Shown: positions 9,283-18,202 of the stretch, in pieces | How positions within the stretch are numbered: position 1 is the stretch's first letter | Layout of the letters: every line of letters begins with the position of its first letter | From: Candidatus Omnitrophota bacterium | GTDB lineage: Bacteria > Omnitrophota > Gorgyraeia > Zapsychrales > Fredricksoniimonadaceae | DNA: 64,000 bases | Assembly (NCBI GenBank): GCA_903860135.1 | Contig: CAIOPG010000016.1 | Span: 2,674-66,673 of the forward strand | Direction: 5' to 3' | Translations under genes and position numbers: made by a program | The notes under the pieces: generated by a model | What the model was told of the DNA's origin: nothing | Database searches by the model: none | Seen by the model: the letters and a program-made list of their open reading frames with translations, nothing else

Positions 9283-10155
9283 TTATTTTGCTCTATGTCC
9301 AACAAGATTATTTTCAGACACGTGAGGTATCGCGTGTCTAGCCACAATACACCTCTGAACCTTATCGAATACTTTCTCGTCGATAATCTTTTCAACTGCG
9401 CCGGGCTTCTCGATACAATCGCCACCCCATCCTCTAGCCTTAACCTTTCTAAATCCCCATCGGGCTGCACCCTTATAAACCGGGTTGGTCAGAATTCTCT
9501 GTACCTTTTTGCTCGAAAATAATTTTCCGTATGAACTTTTTACGCCTACCTTATTTAGCACCGTTGCCACAGCCGTCATGTTCTTGCGCTTAAGAAATTC
9601 TCGAAAGATCTGCTCCACTATCGGCTTAGTATTGTCATCAATAATCAGACGCTTGCCTTCCACTTTATAGCCAAGTGGTGGCCGCCCTCCCAAAAACTGC
9701 CCGGTCAAAGATGCCATTGCATTCCTACATCTAATACCTCCAGAGGTGGCCTCATACTCACCAAACACGCCCAAGACTGAGAACAGCACCCTTCCTCCCG
9801 GGCTCTTGGTATCAATCAGCTCAACGACTGACTCGAGGCCAACACCACAGCGGCGAAACTCATAGTCCAAATTCAGCAGATCCCTAACATTGCGAGAAAT
9901 TCGATCGAACCGCCAAGTCAGCACAACATTAAAGTCTGCCTTCTCCTTCATATCTTGAAGCAACTGCGCCAAAGCCGGGCGACGTATAGGCGGAAGCGTA
10001 CCAGAATAAGCCTCATCAGTATAAACCCGGACCAACGTTCCACCTTGGGCTGTGATGTAAGCCTCACACCGAGCTCTCATCGCCGATAAACTACAACCAT
10101 CCTCTACCTGAGAATTGCTACTTACACGCAGATAAACTACGAAAGCCTTGCTCAC
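9283..10155 (-). CDS. Second, shorter serine recombinase (catalytic + recombinase domains only)
   Basis: YLRVSS, DRISRN, PPLGY, ILTNPVYKG; lacks Zn ribbon and coiled coil. Confidence 0.9.
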   Translation of the reverse strand: MSKAFVVYLRVSSNSQVEDGCSLSAMRARCEAYITAQGGTLVRVYTDEAYSGTLPPIRRPALAQLLQDMKEKADFNVVLTWRFDRISRNVRDLLNLDYEFRRCGVGLESVVELIDTKSPGGRVLFSVLGVFGEYEATSGGIRCRNAMASLTGQFLGGRPPLGYKVEGKRLIIDDNTKPIVEQIFREFLKRKNMTAVATVLNKVGVKSSYGKLFSSKKVQRILTNPVYKGAARWGFRKVKARGWGGDCIEKPGAVEKIIDEKVFDKVQRCIVARHAIPHVSENNLVGHRAK

Positions 10156-10310
10156 TTTACCCTCCCTTGTTCGCCATCCAACTCGTAAGCGTTCTCTAAT
10201 TTATAATCTTCAACCCTGATAGTCCCGCAACGGCATCGAAATGTGATCTCGATGCACTCATCGCCATGATTGCGTTTCAACTCCATCCATGCGTGATGAC
10301 AGTTCTTCAC
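10152..10310 (-). CDS. Small 52-aa Cys/His protein (not in ORF track)
   Basis: MKNCHHAWMELKRNHGDECIEITFRCRCGTIRVEDYKLENAYELDGEQGRVK; GTGA overlaps with both neighbours. Confidence 0.7.
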   Translation of the reverse strand: MKNCHHAWMELKRNHGDECIEITFRCRCGTIRVEDYKLENAYELDGEQGRVK

Positions 10311-10879
10311 TTTCCCCACTGCTCCTTGTCCAGTCGCTCACCCTCAAGGTACAGGTCATGAGCCAAGACATACAGCTCAGGATATGAGAGCTCGATCTTA
10401 GCCTGCCTAACCATCCGCGCACAGACTCGCACCGCCACCAACTCACCCTTGCACGTAAATACTGGGTCAAGGGTCGGAACCTTACAAAAATAGGCCTGCA
10501 AATCCTTCATCTGTCGCCAAGGCTTAGCCTTAAACATGGCCTCACCTCTGTACTCCTTTATCAAATTCCATTTCAGAGGACTGTTCGTGTAAAAATCACC
10601 CCATTGAACTTCCTTACACTCTTTCAGATCTCGACACACAATCCTCTCAAAATTAGGAGGAAGAATTAAACCACTACTCCCTAAGATTTTACTAATCCTT
10701 GCCAGCTCCTGCCTCAGCCAAGCTCGGAAATCTTCAACCGAGGTACCGGGTGGAGAATCCTTGGCATACCATATTTCATCAGTACTCATCACACCTCCAT
10801 ATATATTCCTATAAAGCAGAAATCCCTCTTTCCGTGGCATTTCTCCACGTCCAGAGGGCACAAAGGGAATCGAGGGCAA
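10307..10879 (-). CDS. Hypothetical protein
   Basis: ORF in operon; true start probably the MSTDE ATG after GGAGG. Confidence 0.6.
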   Translation of the reverse strand: MPSIPFVPSGRGEMPRKEGFLLYRNIYGGVMSTDEIWYAKDSPPGTSVEDFRAWLRQELARISKILGSSGLILPPNFERIVCRDLKECKEVQWGDFYTNSPLKWNLIKEYRGEAMFKAKPWRQMKDLQAYFCKVPTLDPVFTCKGELVAVRVCARMVRQAKIELSYPELYVLAHDLYLEGERLDKEQWGK

Positions 10880-10909
10880 CCCTCGAGAACATATCTATAT
10901 CCCAATAAA

Positions 10910-11403
10910 ATTAAAACACAGAGAAAGCTCAGACACAATATTGAAACTGAGTAAATATTTTAGAGAGATATAAAACCATTAACAAAACACTCACTCTTTA
11001 AACAGGAAAGTACTAAGGGTTAATTAAAACCACTTAACCCTGCTTAAAATATTTCTAAACGATTTTAGATAGAAGAGAAATACTTTAAAAATTAAGAAGA
11101 ATATTTTAAAGTTGGTTGCTTTACAGAACTAGTACAGGTATGCCGGGAAGAACTTCCCTCTGTACCCTTTGCTCCCTTGAAAGAGCTGAGAACTCTTTCA
11201 ACAAGTTAATTATGATTAATTATTATGGGCAACCTACTATAACCATTTACCTATACTGAGAACGCTTGTCTACTCCTAAGCATCCAATAAAAAGAAAGTG
11301 CCATATACTATCGAGTAAGTAGTAAAAGAATAATGACGATCCAGAAATATAAGGCATTAAATTCTGTCTTTACCTGTTGAGATACTCGGACGGAGAAATG
11401 CTA
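10910..11403. other. AT-rich non-coding region with consecutive inverted repeats (candidate origin or ncRNA)
   Basis: No ORF of 60 aa or more; at least five hairpins between 11016 and 11201. Confidence 0.45.
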
Positions 11404-11964
11404 CTAGTTTAACCGCTTGTAAACAGCCAACCAATCATTAGCAATAACACTTTGTGCTGCACGGAGCTCCATCTGTCCAGAGCAGACCTGTTCGTGTAGG
11501 TAATTCTCAACCTTATCTTTCTCGTGGAATCCCGGCCTAGGCTCCGCTGGTTCAGGCCAGAGATTAGCAATGTCATTGGACCCACCGAGTTCTAACGGCA
11601 CCAAGTGATCTACTTCATACTCACCTTTAACACGATGCTCGACGCCATACTCAGCATAAACATCACGCTTCAATGCTACTGTAACATTTCTCATGGTCTT
11701 GGTGTAACCCGACACACAAATCTCGGCCACCGTTGCCTGTTCAAACACTGCACCGGGTGTGCAGGCCTTGTCCGGCAGTGATCCCTGCTTTACACAGTTA
11801 AAGTCTTTAGTCCTAGCACCAATAGTTGGCGTTGATTGAACAGTCTGCTGGACCTGCTGAGGTTGCGGTGTCTGTTTGTACTGCTCAGAGATAATCCAAG
11901 CAACAAGAATTAGCAACAGGAAGAATGCTGCGATCACTAAAAGGTTTCTGGCGTTAGTGTTCAA
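11404..11964 (-). CDS. Membrane-anchored/secreted HNH-like protein
   Basis: N-terminal TM helix, Q-rich linker, EVDHLVPLELGGSNDIANLWP motif. Confidence 0.75.
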   Translation of the reverse strand: MNTNARNLLVIAAFFLLLILVAWIISEQYKQTPQPQQVQQTVQSTPTIGARTKDFNCVKQGSLPDKACTPGAVFEQATVAEICVSGYTKTMRNVTVALKRDVYAEYGVEHRVKGEYEVDHLVPLELGGSNDIANLWPEPAEPRPGFHEKDKVENYLHEQVCSGQMELRAAQSVIANDWLAVYKRLN

Positions 11965-12173
11965 CCCGCATCCTCCTGATCGACCAGACCCTTCTTGGTA
12001 AAAATCTGCTTTCCATCTTCACTGTACTCGATCTCAGCGTCATCTGGGGTTAAAATTACCAGAGCAACACCCGGATCTTTGGAAAGGATCTCCACCCTAC
12101 CATCCTCATGAAACTTTATGACAACTTTCTTCGGCTTCTCTTTTTCCATAATTTCCCCAAGGTTTACAGACAA
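11961..12173 (-). CDS. Small acidic hypothetical protein
   Basis: ORF coupled to downstream gene; likely start at MEKEK. Confidence 0.55.
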   Translation of the reverse strand: MSVNLGEIMEKEKPKKVVIKFHEDGRVEILSKDPGVALVILTPDDAEIEYSEDGKQIFTKKGLVDQEDAG

Positions 12174-12302
12174 TTATGAACAATAGTGAACATTTAACGA
12201 CTTCTATGTACCCAAAGTCGTAGAATAAGTAAACTTTCTTCCGATTTACTCTTGACAAGATAATGGTTTAGTATACTATATGAAGTAAGAACGGAGGAAA
12301 TT

Positions 12303-12698
12303 ATGAGTGAAAGAACTGTTAATCCAGTATTGTTTACAAAGCCTAGATCAAAACTATCGTCAAAGACATTGACCATGAGCCCTAAAGGCGGGTTCATGTT
12401 CTCCTCCGGTGCCTGCCATGAGTGGGATCTGCTCAAGTATAAGTTCTGCATTCTTGGTTACGATCCTGTAGAAAAAGCAGTGTGTTTCCAGTTCGTAGAC
12501 TTAGCTGACTACGTTGGTGCAATAAAACTCACCATTCGTAAAGCTGGCAACCTATCCCTTCAATCAGGAGCCTTCTTTGCCTTCAACAGATTAGACCCAA
12601 AAGAACTCGCGGGCCGGTACAGCATTGTTAAGCAGGATCTCCCTGAAAAAGGCACATGGTTTGTTGCCTTCCTAGACTCTAACCACTCTAAAAAGTAA
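12303..12698 (+). CDS. Hypothetical protein
   Basis: GGAGGA RBS; TTGACA-16bp-TACTAT upstream from 12252. Confidence 0.65.
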   Translation: MSERTVNPVLFTKPRSKLSSKTLTMSPKGGFMFSSGACHEWDLLKYKFCILGYDPVEKAVCFQFVDLADYVGAIKLTIRKAGNLSLQSGAFFAFNRLDPKELAGRYSIVKQDLPEKGTWFVAFLDSNHSKK

Positions 12699-12954
12699 AA
12701 AACATGGCAAACATTTACATTGATGGGCGCACCACAAGAAGAACTCCAGAATCTTCTTGTGCCAACTGTAAATGTTGGGGGAGCCTCCAAAGCTCTCCCA
12801 GCCATGTTTTTATGTTATGAGTATACATCAAGCTAATCTATGACGCAAGGTTGACCTTATTTTTCATCCCCTGTCCTTCTAACCATGCTTAAATATCTTC
12901 GTTACATTATTTGTATATTCGGTATTATACTATTATAAAAATTGTTACCAATAA

Positions 12955-15003
12955 ATGACATCAACTACTAATCCTCAACAAATAATCAACCTATCAATTC
13001 ACGGTGATAATATCGTTGAGTGCGAACGCGCTTGGGCATTAATCAAAGATGCGTTCAATTGCCACTCAAGCACACCTTCAATTATCCCCGATTCAATTAT
13101 TGCCCCTAACTTTGAAGCATCCTCTCAAGAATATAATATTCAACTTCGTGCAGTATTTCTCCCTGGGTTTAACCGATGGAGTCCAGATATTCTAGCCCAT
13201 ATTAAGAATCGCGGCGCTATGTTACGTGAGGCTGCCGATGCTATTATTTGCCTAAATCTAACATCTAAAGATAATCAACCCATTCAAATCCCGTTGTTAG
13301 CAATCGAATTCTGTGGAGCCTTAGCTGCAGGGAATCAAGCTTGGCAACGCTGCGGTCGAGCATTAGCTTTTTCGGCAGCTAAGATTCCTTATATTTATTT
13401 AGCAGAACTAGGCGGATTTGAGTTAGATGAAGATAGAAATATAAAAGCTGTACGATTGCCTAACCCATTAATCCCATTTGCTTATCTAACATTATCATTC
13501 CAATCCGATACATTCGCATTACCCGTTTTCATTCCAAATGCGGCAGCAGATAAAACAGCCTTGACCAACTTTCATAATTGTTTTGGTTTACCTAATTTGC
13601 TCGAGCTAATTCGCCACGCTATCTTAAACACAAACCCATCCTCCTCAGCCAATGCTTTAACAGCTAAAACACTCGCACTCGTTAATATTCTATCGGACAA
13701 TCGAAAGCAAAAAGTTAAGAATACCTTTACTCCTCCACTATGGGAAGAATGGCTTAAAACAATCCATAATGATCAGACTGCTGCTACTTACATTGCACAA
13801 CAAGCACTTAGTTGGGGAAAAACAGCATATATAGCCGGACTAACTCAAACCACAAAGAATGTTATCAACTCCGCGCCGAAATATGCGATTGGCGCCGGAG
13901 CATCTCAAGTCCCAATCTGTGTAGTTCCCGCAAGCCAACGCGTCAATTTTGCTAACTTTATCATCACGCAATATCCAAAGTTAACACCTCAATTTCGTAA
14001 TTGGCTTAAAGAAGACCGGCCTCTTGGTATTTGCTGGGTAATGGGATTCAAACCTCGAGGGGATGACGCTCGACCTGATCGTGGACTTCCCCCTCTAGCT
14101 CGTATGATATTTGGACCCAAGACTGATCTCTTAACATTTGTCTATGGACCTGCCAAACCATTCTCCTGGCCCTTATTGCACAATAAACCACAACAATTAG
14201 CTAATCAAAATGGGCTTTGGGAAGCAATCTTAGCAATGAGCGATGCAATATTGGTAGACAGCATTACGGATAAAAATATTACAGATAAAGGCTACCTTCG
14301 CAGCCACTGGCATAAGGCTCAATCACCAATACCTCCATCTCCACTCCCGGTTAGTGTTATCACTCCAACATCACTCGGAGAGAATGATGTTGACACCGTA
14401 ATACACCTCCTAATGACTTCCAATAAAGAAATAGTATTCGAAGGTATGTGCAACCCGCCCGGCGGAGATTGGAGTGGTATTTCAATTAAGGATAGTGCTA
14501 ATAATGTAACTCTGGAGAAGCGTTGGCTTTCCCTGCCAAGGGTTAGCGCACAACAACACAAAAGACCAGACCATGTCTTTCAAATATTCTTTCCGAATAA
14601 GCTTCCGATTATTCTCTCAGTTGAATCTAAGGAGAAATCATCTGACGTCGAGCCAAATATCGGCGAAAGACTTTCTGGCTACATTCAACAGCTTATGAAA
14701 GTTCCATCCTCCGTAGAACGAGAGTTCCCCAAAGGAGCTTGGAAGGTATCAGTCGATAAAATTGATCTAAAGAAATTTAGATTCGCATCAGCTGTGGCAT
14801 TCTTATCAGATAGTAATAATGAATTAGAAATTGCCAAAAAGAAATCTCAAGCAGATTTGATAATTGGAATAACGATATCAGCTAACGGAAAAGATGCGGA
14901 ATTGAAACTGCTTGCAGGATCACCTATTGGAACAGAATTGCTCACATCAATTCATTCCTTAACAAAAATATCAAGACTACCTATAAAAGCCTCAATAATT
15001 TAA
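12955..15003 (+). CDS. Putative restriction endonuclease
   Basis: 682-aa ORF convergent with two DNA MTases; PD-(D/E)xK-like RPDH...VESK; family not recognised. Confidence 0.6.
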   Translation: MTSTTNPQQIINLSIHGDNIVECERAWALIKDAFNCHSSTPSIIPDSIIAPNFEASSQEYNIQLRAVFLPGFNRWSPDILAHIKNRGAMLREAADAIICLNLTSKDNQPIQIPLLAIEFCGALAAGNQAWQRCGRALAFSAAKIPYIYLAELGGFELDEDRNIKAVRLPNPLIPFAYLTLSFQSDTFALPVFIPNAAADKTALTNFHNCFGLPNLLELIRHAILNTNPSSSANALTAKTLALVNILSDNRKQKVKNTFTPPLWEEWLKTIHNDQTAATYIAQQALSWGKTAYIAGLTQTTKNVINSAPKYAIGAGASQVPICVVPASQRVNFANFIITQYPKLTPQFRNWLKEDRPLGICWVMGFKPRGDDARPDRGLPPLARMIFGPKTDLLTFVYGPAKPFSWPLLHNKPQQLANQNGLWEAILAMSDAILVDSITDKNITDKGYLRSHWHKAQSPIPPSPLPVSVITPTSLGENDVDTVIHLLMTSNKEIVFEGMCNPPGGDWSGISIKDSANNVTLEKRWLSLPRVSAQQHKRPDHVFQIFFPNKLPIILSVESKEKSSDVEPNIGERLSGYIQQLMKVPSSVEREFPKGAWKVSVDKIDLKKFRFASAVAFLSDSNNELEIAKKKSQADLIIGITISANGKDAELKLLAGSPIGTELLTSIHSLTKISRLPIKASII

Positions 15004-15810
15004 ATACAAAGACTCCTCCACCATATTCTTCGTCTTATCTATTACTTTTCTGAAACTCGAATAACCTGAGCGCAAAAGAAAATGCCTCTTATATAATGAT
15101 TTCGGAATTTCTACAGAATAATCTTTCTCCGTACTCTTCCCATCGAACGACAATGCGTATTTTATCTTCTTCTTATTTAAACGATTCAATTCATCAAGAA
15201 ACTCACTAAAATTAATTGTGCCATAATATCGCCCCTTTGTATAAAAATATGGCGGATCTAAATATACAAAATCTCCAGTTTCAACTCTCGCCAAAGTCTT
15301 TCTATAATCACCGACACAAAAGTCAACTGGCTTCACAACCTCTTGCCACTCTACTAGAATTCCCGCCAATCTTTCAGGCTGGATGCCTCTTCTTGTATGA
15401 TGTAATGAATTGTTAAACTCCCCATTCTTATTAAATCTAATAAGCCCATTCACGCATGTCCTAGAAAGAAAGAAGAGATCATATGGACTATGTGTTTCAT
15501 TAAACCGATTACGAACATCATAAAAGACTAAATGACCGTCGGCCTTCAATCTATTCCACTCCTTCTGATAATAAGTCAACAAACTATCTGGAGAATCTTG
15601 AACGACTTTCCATAAATCAATAAGCGGCTTACAAATATCACTGCAAACAGCAATCTTAGGTCGAAGATATGAAATTATAGATCCCCCACCAATAAATGGC
15701 TCGTAATAGCACCCTAAATCCTGAGGGAACTTACTCACTATCTCTTTAGCTTGACTTCGTTTACTACCTGTCCATTTAATGATTGGCATCAATGAATTTC
15801 CAAGTCTCAT
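14992..15810 (-). CDS. Dam-like (D12 class) N6-adenine DNA methyltransferase
   Basis: IKWTGSK, YEPFIGGGS, YLDPPY. Confidence 0.92.
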   Translation of the reverse strand: MRLGNSLMPIIKWTGSKRSQAKEIVSKFPQDLGCYYEPFIGGGSIISYLRPKIAVCSDICKPLIDLWKVVQDSPDSLLTYYQKEWNRLKADGHLVFYDVRNRFNETHSPYDLFFLSRTCVNGLIRFNKNGEFNNSLHHTRRGIQPERLAGILVEWQEVVKPVDFCVGDYRKTLARVETGDFVYLDPPYFYTKGRYYGTINFSEFLDELNRLNKKKIKYALSFDGKSTEKDYSVEIPKSLYKRHFLLRSGYSSFRKVIDKTKNMVEESLYLNY

Positions 15811-16640
15811 CGTGATTCATCCCCTTTTACAAAAAGGTCAGGCTCGGTAAATTCAACCCTTTCTTTCGCGAGTTTAATATATTCCTCACTTATTTCAAAT
15901 GCAATATATCGACGATCCAACATTTTTGCGGCTACACATTCTGTTCCAGACCCACAAAATGGAATCAAACAAACATCTCCCGGCTTACTCGCAATAGAAA
16001 TAATTCTATCTGCTATTCTAATAGGCTTCTGAGTTGGATGAGAACCATACTTCCGTTCAACTTTCGTCTTATTATTGGGAATATCCCAGACGGTTCTCAT
16101 CTGCTTCCCCTTCTTCTTCAACAAGTCTTCAGCAAAATCACCATTCTTAGTATACGGATAATTAAAGAAATACTTTCGCTTCCCTTTACCATAATGGCCC
16201 CATAACAACGTTTCATGACTTGCAGTCAAACGCCGCCCTGACAAATTGGGGAATGAATTCCTTTTATACCAAACAACCTCATTAATAATTTCAATTCCTA
16301 GAAGTTGAAATACGAAGTTTATAACTCCAATATTATGATATGTTCCATATACCCAAATAGAGCCTGTAGGCTTCAACAATCGCTTTGCTTCAGTCAACCA
16401 AGCTAGAGTGAAATTAAAATATTCACTTAGCCCCATACAGTCCCAATCTTCCATCACTTTATTCCAAACGCCACCCATGCCCTTCAACTCAACACTTTTA
16501 TCCCATCCCCACTTATTGCCTTTCGACAAATTATATGGTGGATCAGCAATAATTAAGTCGATTGAGGAATCTGGCAAGGCCTTCATCCCGTCGACACAAT
16601 CCTGATGTATTATTGAATTTAGAGATTTTTCTATCTGCAT
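15807..16640 (-). CDS. Beta-class N4/N6 DNA methyltransferase
   Basis: ADPPYN, HPTQKP, PFCGSGT. Confidence 0.92.
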   Translation of the reverse strand: MQIEKSLNSIIHQDCVDGMKALPDSSIDLIIADPPYNLSKGNKWGWDKSVELKGMGGVWNKVMEDWDCMGLSEYFNFTLAWLTEAKRLLKPTGSIWVYGTYHNIGVINFVFQLLGIEIINEVVWYKRNSFPNLSGRRLTASHETLLWGHYGKGKRKYFFNYPYTKNGDFAEDLLKKKGKQMRTVWDIPNNKTKVERKYGSHPTQKPIRIADRIISIASKPGDVCLIPFCGSGTECVAAKMLDRRYIAFEISEEYIKLAKERVEFTEPDLFVKGDESR

Positions 16641-16758
16641 ATTTTAATTTATCCCACATTGTAATAACATAAACTACTCAAGACAAGGTATTTAGCATTT
16701 TCGCAATATTAACATTTCATTATAACAACCCAACCTCCACAACAACGGTTTTAATTTC

Positions 16759-17247
16759 GTGATGAATCCCTGCCCATGCGGCCACCTGGGCGACCGCAAC
16801 AAAGCCTGCCGCTGCAGCAGCGCGCAGATCCAGCGCTACCAGATAAAGATCTCGGGCCCCTTGCTTGACCGCATCGATATTCATCTGGATGTCCCGGCCC
16901 TCAAGACTGATGACCTGTTGAATGCGCCTTCGGGCGAATCGTCCGAAACGATCCGGGCGCGTGTCCTGACAGCGCGTGAACGCCAGCTGGAACGTTTTAA
17001 AGGCGAGGACGTTTTTGCCAACACCCAGATGTCACACCGCCACATCCGCAAACACTGTGCCCTGGATAAAGCCGCGCAAAAACTGCTGAAAGATGCGGTA
17101 GAAACCCTAGGGATCTCGGCCCGCGCCCACGACAAGATCCTGCGCCTGGCCCGCACGATCGCCGACATCGACGGGGCTGACACGATCAACACAGGACATC
17201 TCTCTGAAGCTATCGGGTACAGGACGCTGGACAGGACAAGCACATGA
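16759..17247 (+). pseudogene. comM: comM/yifB 3' fragment
   Basis: MNPCPCG...CRC...ISGPLLDRID...SAR...LARTIAD...EAIGYR. Confidence 0.95.
16762..16779 (+). repeat. Right attachment junction ATGAATCCCTGCCCATGC
   Basis: 16/18 identical to 2955-2972. Confidence 0.9.
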
Positions 17248-17867
17248 TCCAGCTACAGAAAACATTTACATCACATACGAAAAGAAACCGTGTGACATCC
17301 AAAACAACACTTATCCTCACAGAAAGAATTCAACAACGCATATTCTTTGTCCGTAACAAGAAAATCATGCTGGACAAAGACCTCGCTCTTTTGTACGACG
17401 TTGAAACCCGCACACTCAACCAGGCCGTTAAACGTAATGCCCGAAGATTCCCCGAAGATTTCATGTTCCAATTGACTAAGAAAGAATTAACTGAGGTTAT
17501 CACAAACTGTGATAACCTCCCGGATCTAAAGTTCAACCCGTCCCGTCCATACGCTTTTACAGAACACGGCATCCTTATGCTCTCCAGCGTCCTTAACAGC
17601 GAAAAAGCTATCGAAGTTAACATCCAGATCATGCGGACATTCACACAACTGCGGGCGCTGATGGCAACACACAAAGACCTTCAACTCAAGATCACGGCGT
17701 TAGAAAAGCAGTACAACCGGCAATTCAAAATCGTCTTTGAAGCCATCAGAAAACTCATAGAACCGTCTTTAGCACCACAAAGACAAAAACTACCGATCGG
17801 ATTTCATGCAAGGGCGACAGAGGAAACCCCCTCTCACCCCTTGGGCTGTTGCAGAAGGCAGAAATGA
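17244..17867 (+). CDS. ORF6N-domain DNA-binding protein
   Basis: MLDKDLA.LY.VETR.LNQAVKRN..RFPEDFMFQL, PYAFTEHG. Confidence 0.9.
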   Translation: MIQLQKTFTSHTKRNRVTSKTTLILTERIQQRIFFVRNKKIMLDKDLALLYDVETRTLNQAVKRNARRFPEDFMFQLTKKELTEVITNCDNLPDLKFNPSRPYAFTEHGILMLSSVLNSEKAIEVNIQIMRTFTQLRALMATHKDLQLKITALEKQYNRQFKIVFEAIRKLIEPSLAPQRQKLPIGFHARATEETPSHPLGCCRRQK

Positions 17868-18190
17868 TAAAGTTTATGGCAATTTTCCTCGGCCTGGGGG
17901 CCGTCGACGATAAATTTAACGCCGGTGCGATAATCATCTTCGTCATTCATGGGAAAACACCAGGCCACCTCTGCTGTAAAATTGACCTGCCCCTCAAAAG
18001 GGATCTCCAGGATAATGCGCACTTTCTCCCCTTTAGAGAGGTGCTGGGCGGCCTGAAAACATCCTCCGCGATGATGGATATCAACAATACGCATGATGTC
18101 ATACCGGGCTGGCCCGTCAATGATACGGTATTTTGCCGGCAGATCAACCGCGATCCTTATCCATTCCCTCTGTTCACGGCCTTCGCGCAT
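17834..18190 (-). CDS. PilZ-domain protein
   Basis: QREWIR (RxxxR) and DIHHRG (DxSxxG-like) motifs. Confidence 0.75.
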   Translation of the reverse strand: MREGREQREWIRIAVDLPAKYRIIDGPARYDIMRIVDIHHRGGCFQAAQHLSKGEKVRIILEIPFEGQVNFTAEVAWCFPMNDEDDYRTGVKFIVDGPQAEENCHKLYHFCLLQQPKG

Positions 18191-18202
18191 ACCACCCTCC
18201 TG

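Larger units (their letters stand above)
2955..16779. mobile_element. 13.8-kb serine-recombinase integrative element inserted in comM
   Basis: Split comM, flanking imperfect direct repeats, abrupt shift to AT-rich sequence, two serine recombinases, helicase, R-M-like cargo. Confidence 0.93.

Noticed and set aside
2955-16779. Prophage or ICE
   Set aside because: No capsid, terminase, tail, relaxase or T4SS genes recognisable
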